Assembly (NCBI GenBank): GCA_023920165.1
Contig: CP089278.1
Span: forward strand, 1,550,001-1,614,000
Length of the DNA: 64,000 nucleotides
From: Curvularia clavata
Lineage: Eukaryota
Direction of reading: 5' to 3'
Shown here: positions 60,167 to 64,000 of the stretch, in pieces
How positions within the stretch are numbered: position 1 is the first letter of the stretch
How the letters are laid out: every line of letters begins with the position of its first letter
Program-made: the position numbers and the translations under genes
Notes under the pieces: model-generated
The model's database searches: none
The model's input: only the letters and a program-made list of their open reading frames with translations
Told to the model about the DNA's origin: nothing

Positions 60167-63100
60167 TTACAACTGCTCGATTCCCTCGACAAGCTTGTCC
60201 AGCATTGCTTCCGAGTCATCTGCCAGTAGGCCCTTCATCATGCGTGACCTGATCACGTTAGTACTCGATTTCCTTGATCACATTTGCACCATGTACTTAC
60301 AAATTCCCCAGCTTATAAGCCTCCATGCTCTGCTCCAGCTCAGCGCTCTTGACCTCAGCCACGTCAAGGACTTTGTCAGGAACCCTTGCCAGCCGAGCGA
60401 CATTGAGGCCGTATGAGCGATGACTGATACCCTCGGTAGCTTCATACAAGAACACTACCTCTCTGCCGCCATTCTGCTCCTCAAAGCGCATGTGCACGTT
60501 CTTTAGTTGCCCATTCGGGAATCGTGAAGAAACCTTGGCGAGATGCTGGTAATGCGTGATGAAGAGTGTAAGAGCCTGTATGTCACGGATGACATAGTCG
60601 AGCACCGCTTCCGCAATGGCTACACCATCAAAGGTAGAAGTACCCCGGCCGAGCTCGTCGAGAATAACAAGAGAGCGCGGCGTTGCGGATTTCAGAATGT
60701 CAGATGTTTCGTTAAGCTCAACCATGAATGTCGACTCCCCCTTGAGCATGTTGTCAAATGCGCCCATGCGGGTAAAGACTGCGTCTAGCATCCCCAGGCG
60801 CGCCTCGCTAGCAGGAACATAGGATCCAATTTGTCCCATGATGGCTATGAGAGCAGCGGAGCGTACAAAAGAGGATTTTCCGCCCATGTTGGGACCTGTC
60901 ACAAGAAGAGCGCGGGTTGCGTCGTGAGATAGTGAGAGGTCGTTCGGTACATAGCTGTCGAGGAGTAGCTGCTCGACCATTGGATGTCGACCGCCTGTTA
61001 TATTAAGTCCAATATCGTCTGTAAAGGTAGGCTTTACATAGCCTGGCTGGTTTGCTAGGGTAGCCAAAGACAAGAGTGCATCAAGCGTAGCTAGAGAAGC
61101 TATGCAGTCCCGCAGTTGTTGGTACTTTGATGAGATCTCCTCTAACAGGCCTACGTAGGCTTTCTCGCAAGCAGCAGCAAGCGACTCTTTGTACTGATCC
61201 CGCTCCTGGAGCATGCGCTTGACTTCTGGAGTATGGAAGCGTAGAGTAGTCTTAGTGGCAGAGACTTGTTGCCACGATGCAGGGACCTTCTTCTCCTCGG
61301 GCGCTTTCCTCTTGACTTCAATCAGATATTCGATGCCAGCAACAGTGACATAGTCCACTTTGCTCTTCCCAAGCTTCGCTGCTGCATCTTTGCGGTGCGT
61401 GTTGAGGTCGTCTTCTACCGAAGCAATACTTAGCTTGAGATCGTTGATGTCCTCTGCTTCATGTTCCTCTCGAAAGAAGCAGTACTTGTCGTCGTCCTTG
61501 GCAGCACGTGCATTGATCTTTTCGAGAAAGCCATTCAGGTTCTCGTATATCTTTGGGACGTTCGAGACAGCCTCACTCAGTAAGGCCGAGGAGAAGCCGC
61601 TTCGCTCGGGCGTTTGGGCAGACAAGTATTCGCTTGAGATTTCATGAAGCGCTTGTAGAGCAGACAACAGCTCAGGCCTAGTGCACTTCTTGTAGTATAT
61701 CCGGATGAGGACCTTCTCGAGGTCGGTCTTGATCTTGCCCAGCACAAACTTCAGTTTGTCTACTGGTATGGTATTTTCACCTTCCTTTAGCTCTTCGACA
61801 GCCGCTATGCGCTCTTCCAGCTTGGCCTTGTCGATCAAAGGCCGACCAACCCACTTCCTGAGTAAACGTTGTCCAAAGCGCGTCTTAGTCCGGTTCATGG
61901 TCCAGAAGAGGCTGCCCTTTGAGGTGAAGTCGGTCTGGTTTTGGTAAATCTCCAGACTGGATAGTGTATTTCCATTGAGCAGCATGTAAGAGCGTGCACT
62001 GAACGGCTGGAAGTACTTGGTAAGATCGAAGACATGCTCCAGCCCGTACTCGCCGAGATACGTGATCATGGCAGACAAGCATATGGTAACATGTTCCGAC
62101 AACTGATGCACTTTGTCCAAGACCGCACCTTGCTTCCCCGAGTCAGCCTCCTGGTTAGACTTCATTTTGCCTGCATAAAAGTTCGAGATGTGACTGTATG
62201 CTTGTGCGGCCATTGTCTTGGGCTTCTCTACTCTCTCTACTCGTGATCTGTCTCCAAACACGTTGGTTTTGCTGGCTGAGAGATGCTCTATCAACTTGTT
62301 GGTAGCCTTGGACAGATCTCCAACCACGAGGAATTCAGCCGGGGCAATATGAAGCAGGCGTGTCTCGATCTCGTTACGCATGAAGCCATCCTCAAAGTCG
62401 TCATAGATAATGTCGCCTGTGGCGGGTTGTACAGCTACCAGTCCGACCTGGACTTTCTCATCTGTACCCCAACCCTTTGCGTTGCTTTCTGTAATGCAAA
62501 GCAGGTATCCAGTTGACTGTACACTAGCACCTGAGCCCTCGACTGGTACGTCCAGCCCCTCTACATCATCCACGTACGTGCCTTTGGTGTAGAGGTTCGT
62601 GAGTTTTCGGACAAAGGGTGTGTTTCTGTTGTTGCCAGCCGCCTTGAGTGCTGCCGTTTCCAACTGGCGCACCACGCCTACCTTATGGTTCGCTTGTACA
62701 AGACGTTTAACATGGACCTGCAGACGATGAGTGGGAAAACTGGCAGACGCAAATTTGTCCAAGTGTGCCTCAGAAGGGTGCTCGTCGTATCGAAGCTTTC
62801 CCGGTATACAGACAATCCCCAGCTCCTTCGACGCAATTCTTGCATCCTCGCCCAAGAACTTGTACTTGTATCCGACCTCCATAACAATGATAGTATCCAG
62901 GTGCTTGCGCTTTATGTCGAGAAATTGAATTTCCATGGGTGTCAACTTGCTTGCCTTTTTCGTTGTGGCCGTCTTTTTCCCCTTGACAGTCTTTGATGGG
63001 AGCTCGTCTTCCTCATCCTCATCACCTTCGCCTTCTTCCTCATTGGTATTGTCCTCTGAGAGACTCTTGTTCCGCCTCCGAAGCTCCGCAAAGCTGTCGG

Positions 63101-63626
63101 GCCGACCCAACTTCTTCACAAACTTCTCATGCAGCCTCTCTTTTTGCTTCTGAGCTGCTACAGCGTTGTCTTCATCTTCATCATCATTCTCTTGAAGTGC
63201 GGGCGACGAGGAGAACAGAAACTTGGAAGTTCTATCAATGGTCTTAGCAGGCGTCGATGTAGCCAAGGCAGCGGCGGATATGTGTGTAGGTGATTGTCGC
63301 GGGGAGTCGTCTTTAGTGAAGCGAACGCGTTTCGAAGGCGATGAGCGAATAGAGTCCGTGGGTTGGTCGTTCTCATTTACTGCGCGTTTGCGAACGGTAA
63401 GGGGTGTCCGTATCGGAAGACTGTCTTCCTCGTCGTCATTGTCAGTGTCCTTTTGGGTTGTGCCGTTGGTCGCGGGCGGAGTCTCCGTTCTTGGTGCGGA
63501 GGTAGTAGCGGCAGTGGCAGGGGCATTAGAAGTCGCTTTTGGTGGTTGGACAGGCTTCCGTGTGAAGAAGCTTGATATCGTGGGCTGGGTGCTCTTCTGC
63601 GATGATTGACTGCTTTTTGGCGCCAT
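60167..63626 (-). CDS. MSH3: DNA mismatch repair protein MSH3 (MutS-beta); 2 exons
   Basis: N-terminal PIP box QPTISSFF, Msh3-type EVGYKYKF, ATPase [23 protein letters not shown] and SYGLNVA. Last intron 60300-60249. Confidence 0.97.
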
Positions 63627-64000
63627 TGGGTTGTTTCTGGGGGGGTGGTGAACGGATGGTCGATGTGCAAGTGGAGACGCGAGTCGCGTCTCGCGACCAA
63701 GTCACATCACGCTGTCACGTTGCGGGCCTTGCATCCAGCGGCAATGTGCTTTGACCTCGTACCCCACAAAGATAACAAGTGCCCGAACTACGGCCACGAC
63801 TATCTCAGATCTTCGCCGCCTCCATGTCTGCACGTCTTCAGAGTTGACCTGGCGAACCTCAAGACAGAACTCAACACATCAATTCATTAAAAACGGACAC
63901 CCAGGATTGTCAGCAAATGACCAAGACCTTGTCTCTGGTAGTCCCCTTCACACTACTGCGGATTGCTACTTCCTCAACACTTCTTGCGTCATTTTCTCCA

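Noticed and set aside
1..64000. CRISPR array, tRNA, intact transposon or secondary-metabolite cluster
   Set aside because: I saw no repeat-spacer periodicity, cloverleaf, transposase/RT ORF or PKS/NRPS backbone.

Overview
Intron-rich genomic DNA of a filamentous ascomycete (Dothideomycete/Pleosporales-like, inferred from gene content and short introns with CTRAC branch points). I can support about 20 protein-coding loci: an intracellular GH3 beta-glucosidase, a FAR-17a/AIG1 membrane hydrolase, a U1-type zinc-finger protein, BET2, a RhoGAP, GDB1, a Pro-rich putative regulator, an aldehyde dehydrogenase, a TPS3-type regulatory subunit, SDH2, a broken DUF4419 gene, a spliced 62-aa membrane microprotein, ATG5, a peroxiredoxin-like protein, a CobW/COG0523 GTPase, a DDR48-annotated hydrophilin, MSH3 and several hypotheticals. 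I found no tRNA, rRNA, CRISPR array or intact transposon. The most interesting signals are: (1) a GC-AG intron in the ALDH gene with an overlapping GT donor that would give an immediate stop; (2) a ubiquitin-tail-like VLRMRGG motif inside the RhoGAP tail; (3) an 8.6-kb ORF-free gap between two convergent 3' ends that carries splice signals and G-quadruplex motifs, suggesting a hidden spliced non-coding transcript; (4) a DUF4419 gene with one in-frame TAA next to TpA-rich DNA (possible RIP leakage); (5) small spliced genes that the ORF track misses. Family names come from motif recognition only, and no database search was run.
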